Positions 24,546 through 38,162 of a DNA stretch of 44,452 bases are shown piece by piece. Source of the stretch: Parasitella parasitica NRRL 2501 (Eukaryota > Fungi > Mucoromycota); assembly GCA_025201805.1 (NCBI GenBank), contig MU619386.1, positions 31,394 through 75,845 on the forward strand. Reading direction: 5' to 3'. Below the pieces are notes generated by a model. The model worked only from the letters and a program-made list of their open reading frames with translations. It ran no database searches and had not been told where the DNA came from. Position 1 is the first letter of the stretch. The number at the start of each line of letters is the position of its first letter. The translations under genes and the position numbers were made by a program.

Positions 24546-25899
24546 ATACATATATATATATACATGATGAGGTCAATGTATAGAGACTTTTTTTTTTGGG
24601 TTTGGACGGTATACGCATAATAAATGCATTTTTTCATGTATTTTTGTAATTTTCTTTTCTACTTTGGATGACGATATAATTAGAAAAAGAATCGATAGCC
24701 AAGAAGGGAATGCGAAAACCTGAGTGATTTAGGTGCACATAATTTGATGGTTTGTTCGTTGTACCTCAAGTACCATTCGATTTGAGGATTGACAAGAGAT
24801 CAGCAAAAAAAAAATTTGTGTAATCTATAATTAAAATTTTCTCTAATTTTCGCATATTTGACATTTTGAATTCTGGTCCCCTTTATTTCTCAAGAAATTA
24901 AGTATGAAAGTAAGATTTTTAAAATTCCAGACGATGTATATTTTGATGTTTTTATAAATGGTGCAAAAAGCATATAGGTATCATGTGGAGAAAAGTAAAC
25001 AATAAAATTGATTTTCTCAAAGTCGGATTCATGAACCTGAAGTCATAATTTCATTCCCTAAAAAGGAAATAAAATTGCTGTATGCGACATAGCATACGCT
25101 TGAGGACAATTATGAAATTTCATTGATTTACCCTAATGGAACCTAATGAAAAAACGTCAAATCCAATTGTTATTAAACTTCCAATACATCAGGTAGTAAT
25201 TAAGACATAAATCAGGTCTTCAAAAATTGTGAAAAGCGCCAGAATACTAGATTACAAAAGCCCAGAAGTCCAGAGTCCATCAGCGATCACAATGTTTGAT
25301 AACCACCTTTAGTGTTTAGTTTATGGTAATACTTGGTTATTGCACGGAGCAAGAGAAAGAGTTGAGAATGTAAAACGCTTTTTTCATCAGTTATTTGGTA
25401 TTTGTTATTAGCAAAACATGCGGGATGACTTTTAGTTTATGTGACAGAAACATTTCAGTGAATGTGCAAATCGTGAATTCTTTATGAGCTAGGCTGGATC
25501 CCTCTTAGCAATAAGGCATATGGATGCGATAATTCACAATCAGTATGGCATGATGAGAAATTCTATTCACCTACAATTATCGGATTTGCCAGGTTGATTT
25601 TGTCATTCATCCTACACAAGTTCCATCTCTGTGTACGTTGACTTCCATCATCTGGAGTAGTCGAGCATATAGTGATTAAATTCATCTTGGGAGCGCAAAG
25701 AAAAAGAAGAGCAATGCTGGATGGAGTTAACAGTGACGTGCATGAAACAAATCAACCTGCAACTTTCCCAATTGGCGGATGAACATGAAGGGACAAAGCA
25801 AAAAGGGGAAACGAAAAAGTTAGAGCGACGGAGACGTGTAATTTTTTTTGTATCTTTTTCATCACTCGCTTATATATATAAAAAAACAAGAGCGAAAAA

Positions 25900-28800
25900 A
25901 TGTCGCTTCTAGACGACTTTATTGAATCCTCAGAAGCAGCACATGGAACATCGACGGTTCAATACGGAGCCGATACGTTTACTTCAGGCAACGGGTTCGA
26001 TGGACAAGATAGCGTTCGAGTAAGGACGAAATTCACAATTGTCACATAACTTGAAACACATTAATCCTCACTCGTAAAATATAGCTGGAAACAGGCTACG
26101 TTTCCACAGGTTTTGGTCAAGTGGAAGAGCCCATTTTCGGTATTGACTATGTACAATTTCAGATGCCTGCAAAGCTTGTGGATATGGCCGTCTCCAATAA
26201 TATCCTTATTGTTGCGCTGGATACATATCGATTGCTGAGGATTGATTTGGATAATCCTTTAGAAGTTGAAGGTTTTTTACATATGCTCTTTTTTGGGGGG
26301 GGGGTTTATTTAAAACTAGTTGTACTAAAAAAAACCCATATTGCAGAAATTGAAATTGTTCGCAAACCAAGTGATGGCAAAGTCAAGCAAATCTTTTTTG
26401 ATCCAACTGGAAGGCATTTACTCATCACAACAGATCATGGCGAAAACTATTATCTGTACGAGAGATGGAGAAAGACAAAGCCATTGCCCAAGTTCAAGGT
26501 AAAAAAGACAATATGATGGACAAAACGAATAAACTAACTCATTTTAAGGGGGTTATCATTACTTCTATTGCCTGGAATAAACAAGCAACATTAACAGATC
26601 CATGCACACGAGAAATTTTGATAGGCACAAAAAATGGCCTTATTTACGAGACATGCTTGGAGCCAGCAGATGAATACTTTAAAAAGGAGGAAAAGTACTT
26701 TAAACAAGTCTACTCGATTCATGAATCAACAATGCCAATCACTGGTCTTTATTTTGAGCAATTTCCTGTCAATAATCGAAAGTATTTTGTCATGGCCACC
26801 ACAACGACCCGCATTTATCAGTTTATAGGCTTTGTTGGGCCTAATGCTACAAATGGAACCCATTCACCAAGTCTTGGAAACGGCGATGTGGTGGAAGAAC
26901 GAGGAGAAAAAGCCATGTTTGAAAAACTGTTCTCTAAATATGATGTGAATCCGGGGTACCAGGAGTTGCCTGGTGAATTGCCTCATAGCGAATTGCATTT
27001 TTTCAGTCGGTTCCATGAGTTGCAACAGCAAGGCGTCGCAGAGTCGTTTGCCTGGCTTACTGGCCCTGGCATTTATCATGGTGCACTCGTATACGGATCT
27101 CAAAATGTAGGCGATAGTGTGGTGGATGATGTCCAATTGTTACAGTAAGTGAATTCAGTGAGACAGGGGAAGAGGCAGTGTTACTTAACAAGCCTCAGAT
27201 ATCCTGCTACACCTTCAGACGATGAATCTGGCAGATTAGTCACTGACATTCCCATCTCGGTTGCATTGACTGAATTCCATTTTGTATTGCTTTACAAGGA
27301 TCGTGTGCGAGCTATTTGTCAATTGAACGACCAAATTGTGTATGAAGAGATGATACCAGTTGTAAGGCTATTATTTTCGCTTCAAACATTATTGATGCTA
27401 AATGATATCCATCCAGGGACAAGGCGAAAGTGTGATTAGCATGACAGTCGACGACATCAAAAAGACTTTTTGGGTGTATACTACATTGGCTATGTACGAG
27501 CTCACCATCAACAATGAGGAGCGCGATGTCTGGAAACTTTATTTGGAAAAGAAGAGATATAATTCAGCTCTGCGTTACTGCAAAGACCCTGCGCAGAAAG
27601 ATAAAGTGTTGACCGCCCAAGCCAAAGATTACTTTAGCCAACGAAGATTTAAAATGAGTGCCGAGATATTTGCTGATAGCACGGTTCCGTTCGAAGAAGT
27701 GACGCTCATGTTTGTAGAGAAAGAGGAGGTGGATGCATTGCGAGTTTACCTATCTAGTAAGCTGAGCCGATTGCAAAAGAATGACCAAACACAGAAGACC
27801 ATGTTGGCTACATGGCTAGTTGAAATATACCTCTCCAAATTAAATGAGCTGGAAGATTTAGCGTCTTCGGCGCACTGCTCTCCTATACCAAACGAGGCCA
27901 CTAGTCTGACACCAAATACAGAGGCTTATTTCCTGGAACAGCTGGATGAAGTGCGAGATGAATTCAAGACGTTCCTGGAAAGTTATAGCGGTAACTTGCA
28001 TCGTCCTACTACCTACAAATTGATTACAAGCCACGGGCGAAACGAAGAGTTTCTGTTTTTTGCTTCCTTGATTGGAGACTATGATAAAGTAATCAGCCAT
28101 TGGATTACCGAGAAGAACTGGACCAAAGCATTGGCCGTGCTTTCTAAAGAAGCTGATCCTGATGTGTTTTACAAATTCTCCCCTGTCTTGATGGAAAACG
28201 ATCCCTATGAAACAGTGAATGTCTGGATGAGACAAAGCAACCTCAATCCCAGGCAACTAATTCCAGCTTTATTAAGATATGACCATAAAAGACTAATGGA
28301 AAAGTCAACCCAAGTAAATGTTTTCAAAATCGGGTGTCAGCTTTTAAGAATGACCTAACAATATTGTCATAGAATCAAGCTATCCGTTATTTATCACACG
28401 TTGTAACATCGTTGAACAACACCGATCCTGCCATCCACAACTTTCTCCTGACACTGTATGCCACTCAAAAAACGACAGATGAAACCGCATTATTGACTTT
28501 TTTGAAAAATGAGGTAATTTTCCTGAATTACATGTGTACTGGAAAAAAAAAAAAAAAATCTAATCCTCAACAGGGCCGAGAAATGCATTACAATCTGGAT
28601 TATGCCCTCAGATTATGCACACAAAATGGACGAACACAGAGTTGCGTACACATTTACAGCCAAATGGGGCTGTACGAAGAAGCAGTTAATTTAGCACTAA
28701 AGGTATTAGAAAAAGAACTGGTCTTGTTCAAGTAAGATTTGAATTTTATTTATCCATATTAATTAGAATCATGACGTTGAACTTGCACGTATCAACGCGG

Positions 28801-29762
28801 ATAAACCGGAAGACGATGAAGCCCTCCGAAAGAAACTCTGGCTTACCGTTGCGAAACATGTTGTGCAGGACACTAGGGATATTAAGTCTGCGCTAGAATT
28901 CTTAAAACAAAGTAATCTGCTTAAGATCGAAGATATACTGCCATTTTTCCCTGATTTTGTGCTGATTGACGACTTTAAGGTATACCTCAAAAAAAAAAAA
29001 AAAAGAAAAACACTATTATTGTCATGATGAGCTCATACTATAAATAGGAGGAAATCTGCGATGCCTTGGAGAAATACAATGATACAATCGATGATATTAA
29101 AATAGAAATGGACGAAGCTACCAAGAGTGGAGACAGCATCCGATTAGATATTCGAGAATTACGAAGCAGGTAGCACGTGCAACAGTCTCAGTGATTTACG
29201 TCTTCTAACAAAAAACTAGATTTTCTCTGGTCAATGCTGCAGATCAATGCTACTGCTGCCATTACCCTCTGTACAGTCGTTCATTTTACATGTTTCCATG
29301 CCAACATGGTTTCCATGGGGATTGTCTCTTGGACAAGGTAATGTAACATGTGGTAAAACAAAAAAAAAAAAAAAAAAGAGGTTTACTCAACAAAACAAAA
29401 ACCCATAGATGTACAAGGTTTTACCTGCTCGACACATGAAGCGTGTCAGAATAATCCAGGATTCAATCGCCAAGGAAACTAATAGCAATAATTCACCTCG
29501 CAGTAGTTCCAGATTGCCTTTTGGTACTACAACACGATTTATGAACACTGCCAAAAACGTAATATTCCCATCAGATGCAGTTCATGAAGAAAACAAGATT
29601 GATCCCGACTTGACAATGGGAAAATCCGAACAATTGCGCGAGGAACTAGACGATATTATAGCTAGTGAGTGCGTTTTATGTGGTGATATCATGATCAAAT
29701 CGATTGATCAGCCATTTATTGGTGATGAGGAAATAGATGTCGCTTCGAGTTGGGCCATTTAA
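25900..29762 (+). CDS. VPS18: HOPS/CORVET subunit Vps18 (Pep3), multi-exon
   Basis: FFDPTGRHLLI, ALTEFHFVLLY, EERDVWKLYL, clathrin-repeat region, LKIEDILPFFPDFVLIDDFK, RING CYCC..FPCQHGFHGDCL..ECVLCG. Confidence 0.94.
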
Positions 29763-30003
29763 AATAAACTTGTAGTAGTATTAGCTTTCTTGAATTACGT
29801 TTATTATTTGTTGTTTATATGATGCTCGTTGGGTGTTCTAAAAACCTGCTACCCGCATTTGAGTCCACATAACATATCTCATCCCGACGTCAGTTAGCTA
29901 TAAAAAAGGTTAATGAGATGTATATAAATACCCTCAATCAAATTATACAAAAGCATTTTTCTCTTTACAATTAACTCTTATTTTACACAATTCATCTGTT
30001 TAA

Positions 30004-30582
30004 ATGACTGCAGCTATTCCCCAAGGCCCATTCTTCATTGTATCAAAGGTTTGCTCAGCATGTGTGCCTCTAATTCGCCATGTCTCATTTTTTATTTTAT
30101 TTTTATGCAAGTTTAACAAGCGTGTGCTTGATGTCGAAGGTGCTTCTACCAAAGATAATGCCAAGATCTGCGTATGGAGGAGGAAGGAGAACAATGATAA
30201 CGAAAACCAATTATGGGAATACAGAAACGGTAACTTTGTAAACCTTCACAGTGGTAAGGTGCTTGATATCAAGGGAAGCAAGACCAAGTCTGAAGGTAAG
30301 TTTTGAACACATTACGGTAGTTACTATGAGCAACTAGAATTGACCATTTATTTTACAAAAGCTCGTCTCATCCAACACGAAAAGGCTACTTCCAAGGATG
30401 AAGACATTGCAAAGCAGCAATGGACGCTCGATCACGAAGGCTACATCCACATTTCTTCCGATCCTAAATTTGTTCTAGATATCAAGGGCTCCGAGGACGA
30501 AGATGGTGCTGAAGTCATCTTGTATGAAAAGCGCAGTGGTGCCGTCGCTGCTAACCAACAGTGGGAGCTCATTCGTCGCTAA
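30004..30582 (+). CDS. Ricin-B (beta-trefoil) lectin, mucoricin-like, 149 aa, 3 exons
   Basis: Exons 30004-30048, 30112-30295, 30362-30582. Three VLD(V/I)..QxW repeats (NQLW, QQW, NQQW). No signal peptide. Confidence 0.88.
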
Positions 30583-30859
30583 ATATTCACATTTGCAGGA
30601 ACATGTTTTAAACAAGGTGAATAAAATATTATTGTTATTACGTCTTTTTCAAAACATATGAAATGTAATGGCTACAGTTATACATGTATCGTGCTATTAA
30701 AAAACATAACAACATCAGTGTATAACCCTTGCCTAATCTTGTTTCATCAAATGTGTCAGTAAAACCCATGGCAGCAAATGAACCGAGAAAGCATATAAAA
30801 GGGCAATTGAGATGTTTGAATGTAAAGGCATTATCATTCAATTAATTTATTAACCCACA

Positions 30860-31720
30860 ATGAGACTCTCCGTTATTGCTTCTCTCGTCGCTTTGTCTGC
30901 TTCTGCCGTTTCTGCCACTGCTGACAAAATTGTCGTCTTTGCTGATAGTTATACCGACGATGGTAATGACTATAGCAACAGCCAGTTCCCTCCTTCTCCT
31001 CCTTATTATGAAGGCAGATTCTCCAACGGCCCTACTTGGCTTGAACATGTTGCTAAGAGTGTCTCTGTCCCTGTTGAAAACCACGGTTACGGCGGTGCGA
31101 CCACCGATAACGCAGATGTCTACAGCGAATTCAATGGTTGGACAGTTCCCGGCCTGAAACAGCAAGTTTCTACATTGAAATCCAATGGTACTGCTGATAG
31201 TTTGTATGTCATTGAAATTGCCTACAATGATTTGAACTCCATCATCAATCCTGATCAATACAAGGTCGTCAACAAGAACCTCACTTACGAAAAGGTCGGC
31301 CAAAATGTGGTCAGTGCCGTCAAGGATATTGTCACCAAATATCATGCAAAGGAATTCGCCTTCTTCAATGTGGCTCCATTCGATAAGTGGCCCGTTATCA
31401 AGGATGCTGACAAGCCCAAGGCCAAGAAGCTGATTGACGACTACAATGAGTACATTGAGTCAGAGATCAAGAAAATCAGCACTATCAACGCAAAGTTTTA
31501 CGATCTCCATGGATGGTTTTTGGAAAAAATCGCCAACCCTGCCCCCTTGGGTTTGTCTGTCACTAATGGTCCTTGCGTCTGGGGTATCGGTAACACCACT
31601 GCTTGTTCTGATACTGATAAGCACTTCTTCTGGGATTCTTACCACCCTGAGGCCAAGGTCCACAAAGCTTGGGGTGAATGGGCCATTGACTTATTCAAAA
31701 ATGATTATCAAATCAACTAA
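30860..31720 (+). CDS. Secreted SGNH/GDSL esterase (CE16/lipase-like)
   Basis: Signal peptide; block I FADSYTDDGN, GRFSNGPTW, GYGGAT, ND, FWDSYHP. Confidence 0.9.
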   Translation: MRLSVIASLVALSASAVSATADKIVVFADSYTDDGNDYSNSQFPPSPPYYEGRFSNGPTWLEHVAKSVSVPVENHGYGGATTDNADVYSEFNGWTVPGLKQQVSTLKSNGTADSLYVIEIAYNDLNSIINPDQYKVVNKNLTYEKVGQNVVSAVKDIVTKYHAKEFAFFNVAPFDKWPVIKDADKPKAKKLIDDYNEYIESEIKKISTINAKFYDLHGWFLEKIANPAPLGLSVTNGPCVWGIGNTTACSDTDKHFFWDSYHPEAKVHKAWGEWAIDLFKNDYQIN

Positions 31721-32071
31721 TTCATTTCTGTCTTGCATCCATAGCGTTTGCTTGAAACACGAATAAATAATAAACAATTTTGCATATAATACCGTATACA
31801 TTATTGAGATTCAAGCACCATTTGTATGTGTACATTAATAACACACAGATACCTTGGTAACCAGGAACATTTCGTATTTGCCTTGAAAGTAAACTGGCGC
31901 TATATTCTGGGTACATATAGTTACATCATTAAAAACCAATTTTGATAATATAGAATAGAACATAGCCCATTGAAACAAAATTGCCAATTGAATCGATGAT
32001 AAATTCCCTTTCAAGAAGAAATCTATTTTTTTTTCTCTTTTTATATTTACAATAATAGTAGTCCGTAAATA

Positions 32072-32598
32072 ATGCCTCCCAAGAAACGACAGAGTCAATC
32101 GACGCTTAATTTACATAAAACCCGCCGAAACACTATACAACAGCAACAGCAACAACACCATAAATCAATTGATGACAATGTCATCCAAATTGGCAAGCAG
32201 AAGCAGCATAAGCAACCAGAAACTAATGCGCAAGTAGAAACTAAAAAACTTGAAAGTAAGTCTTTATGAATCAATAATTACATCATTTGCAGTACATTCA
32301 CGAAACTATATTATTAGTTCATCAAGAACATTTAAACGAGACAGACAAGCTGCTGAGGGCATTTGATTTAAACTACGATTTTGGCCCTTGTGTCGGCATG
32401 AAAAGATTGGATAGATGGGGTATAATAATGTTGCATAAATTTAATGCCCAATGCAGATATGATTGACGGAAATGTATTTACGTAGAGCGTGCTCAGAAGT
32501 TGGGACTGAATCCACCAGTTAATGTAAGGGAGATATTGATAAAGGATAAGGCTCAAACGTATGCAGAATCTGTCTTTCATCAATTCCGAATGATTTAG
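32072..32598 (+). CDS. POLD4: DNA polymerase delta subunit 4 (p12/Cdm1), 3 exons
   Basis: LLRAFDLNYDFGPCVGMKRLDRWERAQKLGLNPP assembled across two GT-AG introns. Confidence 0.9.
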
Positions 32599-32810
32599 AC
32601 TAAATATCATATATATATATTATATATGTATATGTATATACCATTTAAATAAACCCATGGCATCAACAAAGGTCCATGATGTATTATCATCGCAATCGTT
32701 TAAACTCCATTTAAATGGTTTAGTCCCTCACATATCATATAAAAACCCATCCATATCATGGTGTGTCGTATCTTCCCTTCCCCTAACATCATATTCGTAA
32801 TATAACCAAA

Positions 32811-33092
32811 ATGTCTCATAACGGAAAGCAACAAATCGCCCACGCTGAAGCTGCGTTAAATGCTGGTCGTGTCGATGAAAAATCTAACAGGGGTCATAAC
32901 CAAATGTTTGATACTCTCAAGGAATTAGAAGATCATCATAGAAAGGAATTTGCTCATGGTGCTACCAAGAAATCTCGCGGCGAACTGATGGATGAACAAT
33001 TAGCTGAAGAAGATAGAGAAACTGTCCAGAAAATGGAGCAAGCTCATATGCAAAGAGAGCAGGCTCACCAACACAAGCACAAGTCTGATTAA
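32811..33092 (+). CDS. Small charged hydrophilic protein (hydrophilin/LEA-like), function unknown
   Basis: 93-aa intronless ORF with good Kozak context (caaaATG) and upstream tataaaaa; rich in E/K/H/Q. Confidence 0.7.
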   Translation: MSHNGKQQIAHAEAALNAGRVDEKSNRGHNQMFDTLKELEDHHRKEFAHGATKKSRGELMDEQLAEEDRETVQKMEQAHMQREQAHQHKHKSD

Positions 33093-33254
33093 ACGTATTG
33101 AGTACTCTTTTGATCATTTGTAAATATAATAATTGGAAATAAACAAGACATTTTTCAATTAGGAGGAATCTATACAAAGCTACATTTCAATTCACAGTAT
33201 TTATATGTCATATACACATTTTTTTTTTACAGTTATAATGAGCAATCGAAAAAT

Positions 33255-34773
33255 TCAAGATGCACCTGTCGCCCACTTTTTGATCATTTGCGAACAGTTA
33301 TACTTTAAAACTGCCTCGGTAACTTGGGCCTGTTCCAACATGAGCTTTGTCATACGAAATTCTTTAGGACATTTTCCAGGAGCGTCAACCGGGCAAACCA
33401 ATTCAAACATCTGTAAATTCTCAAAAGCCTAGGAGTTTAGGATGCACTTGTGTCAGCCAATTACATTATAAAAAAAATAATAGGGCGGCAAACAGTTACC
33501 TTTAACGCAACTGGTTGTTTGTATAATTTCATACCAAATCCCATGCCGTTTATTTGGGTTCTGTTCATGAAATCCTTGTATTCATCATAAACCATTTGAA
33601 AGTTGAACGTTGTCACATCTTTCTCCAGTAGCTTCTTCATGCTAATGATCAGGATCAATTCCAATAATGCAATGCCCTTTAACAATTCTGTTTTTGAATC
33701 CGCTCGCTGTATAAGACTTGACTCTGTGAATTCTTCAGCCGATAAAAATGGCGCTGTTTCTTGTAGCTTGCAAATGGGTGGAAACTAGACATTGTCAGTG
33801 AAATGAGTTCCTCTTTTTTTTTTCTTGACACTAGTTGAAACTTACACATATCTTTTGAAACATTCGAATGTCCTTGGAAATGTCGAAAATACGTCTCAAA
33901 ATGCCATTGACCGTAGGATTCTGAAATAGTTCTTCAAGGCCGAGATTAAACGCTTCACTTCCTCTGTAGTCATCAGGCAATGCCAGTATTCCTTTTGCAA
34001 TGTTGAGGAATTCGCCGAAATTAGGCGACGGAAACAGATAAATTTGTCTATGCGAGAATCTAGATTTGACTCTTTTTTCAAGTAAATCGAGCGCATCTAA
34101 GCGACAAGTTAGCCCAATGACAGCCATGGGATTCTGAGCACTCTGTGCAGCGTCAAACAGGTTATACAAGAGAGCTTGCTTGGGATGCTGAGCAAATAGA
34201 TCGAACTCATCCAACACAAATATCACTGGCAGCGAGGATTTGTCGCCTGATTTCAGGAGGGATAGCAGATAATCAAAAGAATCTGCAAATGAGGCCTAGA
34301 AAAATATAAATGGTCAGCTCAAGTGCACATCTTTGCTGCTTCTGTTTTGTGATTCTTACAAAGCTGCGTTCAGGACGGTCTTGTTGTTCGCTGACTAGTT
34401 GCCGGGAAATCTCATTCAAAGCAAGTCGATCGTTGATTTCAGTTAGCCCATTGAGCTTGACAAGACAGAATTCATTCTCCAGATCTTGAAGATCGCGTAG
34501 TACAGTTCGTACCAAGGTGGATTTTCCAGTGCCTCGGTTGCCTACGATCAGACAAGAGTTGCTTTCTCCTGATGTCACTGTCTGCTTCAGGATTCTGTAT
34601 AACGTGTTGTATTCTTTGTCAATTCCGCACAGTTCATTGGGGAGCTCAATGCCATTCAATCGCCCAAGTAATAAGGATTGTGCTTTCGAAATGTCAATGT
34701 CTGATGATGCGGTTTTCAAATTTTTGGGCGATTTGCTTTGGTGCTTGTCGTCTTGAAAAGAACGTTTCGACAT
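33255..34773 (-). CDS. ORC4: Origin recognition complex subunit 4, 4 exons
   Basis: GESNSCLIVGNRGTGKS (Walker A), VIFVLDEFDLFAQHPKQALLYNLFD, LEKRVKSRFSHRQI. Confidence 0.94.
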
Positions 34774-35147
34774 GATTTGGCGAGTATCCAAATGAAAGGG
34801 TTTTTGAGAGTATGCCAAATCCCTTGGATGTGACTTATTTGAAGTAAACGCAGCTTTTGGCAGTCGCTCACTACGGTACCGTATTCGTGACAAACCGGTA
34901 GACATCGATAGTGCGATACAGTACTTCGATTTGCTTCATACAAGAAAGCAGGCTAGCTGAAAATGAATGGTATCATGTGTATCCAAATCTAGGTAATCTG
35001 TCAAATAGACGACAGACAGTAGCAGCAACTCATTAAAGATGTTGAGAGAAAAGTGCAAGTGGTTTATTTGTTTGGGTTGTGAGGGAGTGAGAGTATATGA
35101 GAGGTAGTAAAAGTACACGTTATGATATTAAAGAATGTAAAGTCTAC

Positions 35148-36272
35148 TTAGAATAGCTCTTGCAGATCTTTTAGTGTAATAACGCCCATCCAGTTCATGT
35201 CGCTGCTATTTAGCACTGGTAACAGAGGAATGCTCTTTTCTTTCATGAGTGCAACTGCGTCTGAAGCCAGTCCTTCGTCATGAAAGATAACTGGATTTGC
35301 AGACATGATATCCACTGCGCGGATTTGAAAAATGCCTTCCTTGGTGGCGGATTTTAACACTCTGTGTATATCGCCATGAGTGATAACGCCCACAATCCGA
35401 GTGCATTTAGAAGACGAAATGTCGTAATCTTCGACCGAGGACGTTTCTGAAATGGGTGGCGATGGAAATAGACAGCTATTGCTGACAGCTTCTTCTGAAT
35501 TATGATGGCTCTCCGAAAAGTCGTCCTCCAGCACAATTACACCGCAGCCTTTAGGATGTTGAGTCATTTCCATGATAACAATGTCCAATGATGTATTTCT
35601 CTTCACTGTGGCGACTTTGGACGAATCAATAACAATGTCTTTGACTTTTAATAGTAATCTTCTGCCTAAAGAGCCGCCTGGATGATTCAGCGCAAAGCCA
35701 TCGGTAGTAAATGTCCGTAGTTTTGCTAGAGTCAAAGCCAAGGCATCGCCCAAAGCTAATGTCAGCGTAGTTGATGAGGTTGGAGCAGGAATGTCACCGG
35801 CTTCGCGCTGTACGTATCCATCAATCCAAGCAGCACATTCTCTGGCCAGCTTGCTCTTTGCATTGCCACCTAAGCCAATGACTGGGATTTGACGATGCTT
35901 TAAGCTAGGCAGCAGTGTGAGCAGTTCTTCAGTATTCCCAGAAAATGATAAAGCCAAGACAACATCATGGGACTGCACTGTACCAAGATCGCCATGCAAT
36001 GCCTCCACAGGGTGCAAAAACGTAGCACATGTGCCAGTTGACAGCATGGTAGCCACAATTTTCTCGCCAATCTTTCCAGACTTCCCCACACCAGTAACAA
36101 TGACCTTTCCTCCCGCATCCAGCGACTTGAACATGAGGTAAATTGCTTGATGGAATCCATCTCTTGAGTCTGTATTGCTCTTCAATCGCTGTGCAGCTTC
36201 ATTTATACTCAAAGCTTCTTCAATTAAGATGTTTGAAGCATTGTCAATGATATCCCGGGTTGTTTCAAGCAT
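35148..36272 (-). CDS. KpsF/GutQ/KdsD-family sugar-phosphate isomerase (SIS plus CBS pair), intronless
   Basis: GKVIVTGVGKSGKIGEK, FLHPVEALHGDLG, SFSGNTEE, APTSSTT..LALGDALA, FALNHPGGSLG, then CBS motifs (VGVITHGDI, LPVL..MGVIT). Confidence 0.9.
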   Translation of the reverse strand: MLETTRDIIDNASNILIEEALSINEAAQRLKSNTDSRDGFHQAIYLMFKSLDAGGKVIVTGVGKSGKIGEKIVATMLSTGTCATFLHPVEALHGDLGTVQSHDVVLALSFSGNTEELLTLLPSLKHRQIPVIGLGGNAKSKLARECAAWIDGYVQREAGDIPAPTSSTTLTLALGDALALTLAKLRTFTTDGFALNHPGGSLGRRLLLKVKDIVIDSSKVATVKRNTSLDIVIMEMTQHPKGCGVIVLEDDFSESHHNSEEAVSNSCLFPSPPISETSSVEDYDISSSKCTRIVGVITHGDIHRVLKSATKEGIFQIRAVDIMSANPVIFHDEGLASDAVALMKEKSIPLLPVLNSSDMNWMGVITLKDLQELF

Positions 36273-37041
36273 ATTATATAGGGAAAATAAAAATTAAAAA
36301 TTAAAGAACAAGCGAGATGCTGGGAGGTGCACAAGTCTAATTATATATAAGACTTTTTGAACGAACCCCTTTCACCTCCTGCTCCGATACAGAGGGTGTA
36401 ACAATAACAAGCCACTGATGTTGCTATATACGTATCTATTTGACAGAAGACATGATGTCCCAGTGGGTTCCGAGTGGTCTGTTAGATGGAGAGTTGCGGC
36501 TGATTTTCTTGGTTGTTCCATGCGCAGACACACCTACTAGTCACCCAACACAACGGCAATCGTTGTGCGCGATGGATCGAAATGTCCAAGTAGATTAGAT
36601 CGGGTAAATAGTTCGTTAAACCTCGATCCCGATAAACCAGTTGTATCATCCTTATCAAGCACTACTAGAACAAAAATATGGCATTATCTCTCCTGAAATA
36701 CTGTAACTCCCAGAAACATATCCGCAACAAATCACATGGATTTCAGAGATAGTGACTCTTACGCTGACAGATGGCCAAACAAAATCAGGCATCGTTTGTC
36801 ATGTACCGTATCGACATTGGTTTGAAAGTCTGTCACTATGGTGCAATTTCACAGATATAACCCTCATATATTCAACTGTGAGAAAAAACCAAGGCAAACA
36901 TGTGCAACCGCATCTTGTTTTTTTTTGTATTTATACACGTCAAACATAATAGCCTATACCGTATGCTTATCGCTTGTTGCGCACTGCCAATTGAAGTGCA
37001 ATAATCTCATTTCATCTTTCAAAATACTTTTGCCGCGTCAT

Positions 37042-38162
37042 ATGCTCTACATAATACTATTCGCCTTTTTGTTTGCGCTAGCCGGCACAAGAAATGGCAG
37101 GAAACTAGGTAGAGGTATTTGCCACGATTCCCAACGCTTGCTGACTGTATATTTTCAGTGTTTCAAACACTCTGCTCGCCTATATCTCAAACGCCGTTCT
37201 TTGTACGCCGCACACTCGCCAGACGTTCTTATCTAGTGCCGCTATTCATCCGTCGTCGTATGATATTCATAGGCACATGTCCCGTCAGTCAAGAAAAGAA
37301 AAGCTGGATCCATAAAGTAGCAAAGGAAACGTGGAAAGGTGTGTGGATTGCACCCGGGCTGAAAGATATCAAGCACGCAGAAGAGATTGCTCCAGAGCAA
37401 GATCTGGTTCTTTTCTACGCACACGGGGGTGGGTTTACAGAAGGCTATTCGTACATGTACATGGAAACATTCCAAGCAGTCATCAACAAGCTAAAGAGAG
37501 AGCACAACATCCGAGCAAGCATCATGTCGTTAGAGTACAGACTTAGCCCAGAGCACAAATGGCCCACCGCCTGCAGGGAGGCCGTCGAATGCTACAGATA
37601 TTTAATTCATGACTTGGGCATAAGTCCCTCCAAGGTCATCCTGGCAGGCGACAGTGCTGGCGGAAATCTGGTTGCTACAACGCTATTGCAGCTGAAAAAT
37701 ATGAAACTCAAGAAAGAGGATGATCTACCACCGTTGCCTTTTCCGGCGGGAGCGGCATTGCTGTCGCCATGGGTTGACCTCACAGTTCAAGAATACCCCA
37801 ATACGGGGGATACATTGACAGGGAGCCTACTAGACGTTTTCAAAGCTGCCTATGTGACGGACAGCAGACAGCTGCATCATCCACTTGTATCACCTGTTTA
37901 TGGAGACTTTTCTAGAATCCAATGCCCATTCTTTGTGGCATACGGAAGCCAAGAGATTCTAAAACCTAGCATAGAGATGTTTATATCCAGCCTCGAGAAG
38001 AGCAAATGCAGCGTAACTGTATTGAAGGGAGATCAACACACAACACATATCTGGCTAGTATGTAGTTTAATGGCTTCGTCAAGAGCTGTCTACGAGAGAG
38101 ATCGCCATGCCTTTGTATCATGGATAGCAACATCAGCAGTAGCAGCAGCAGCAGCCCAATAA
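37042..38162 (+). CDS. HSL-family alpha/beta hydrolase (Say1-like lipase/steryl acetyl hydrolase), 2 exons
   Basis: Hydrophobic N-terminal exon MLYIILFAFLFALAG, then HGGG, YRLSPE, GDSAGG, LLSPWVDL. Confidence 0.88.
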
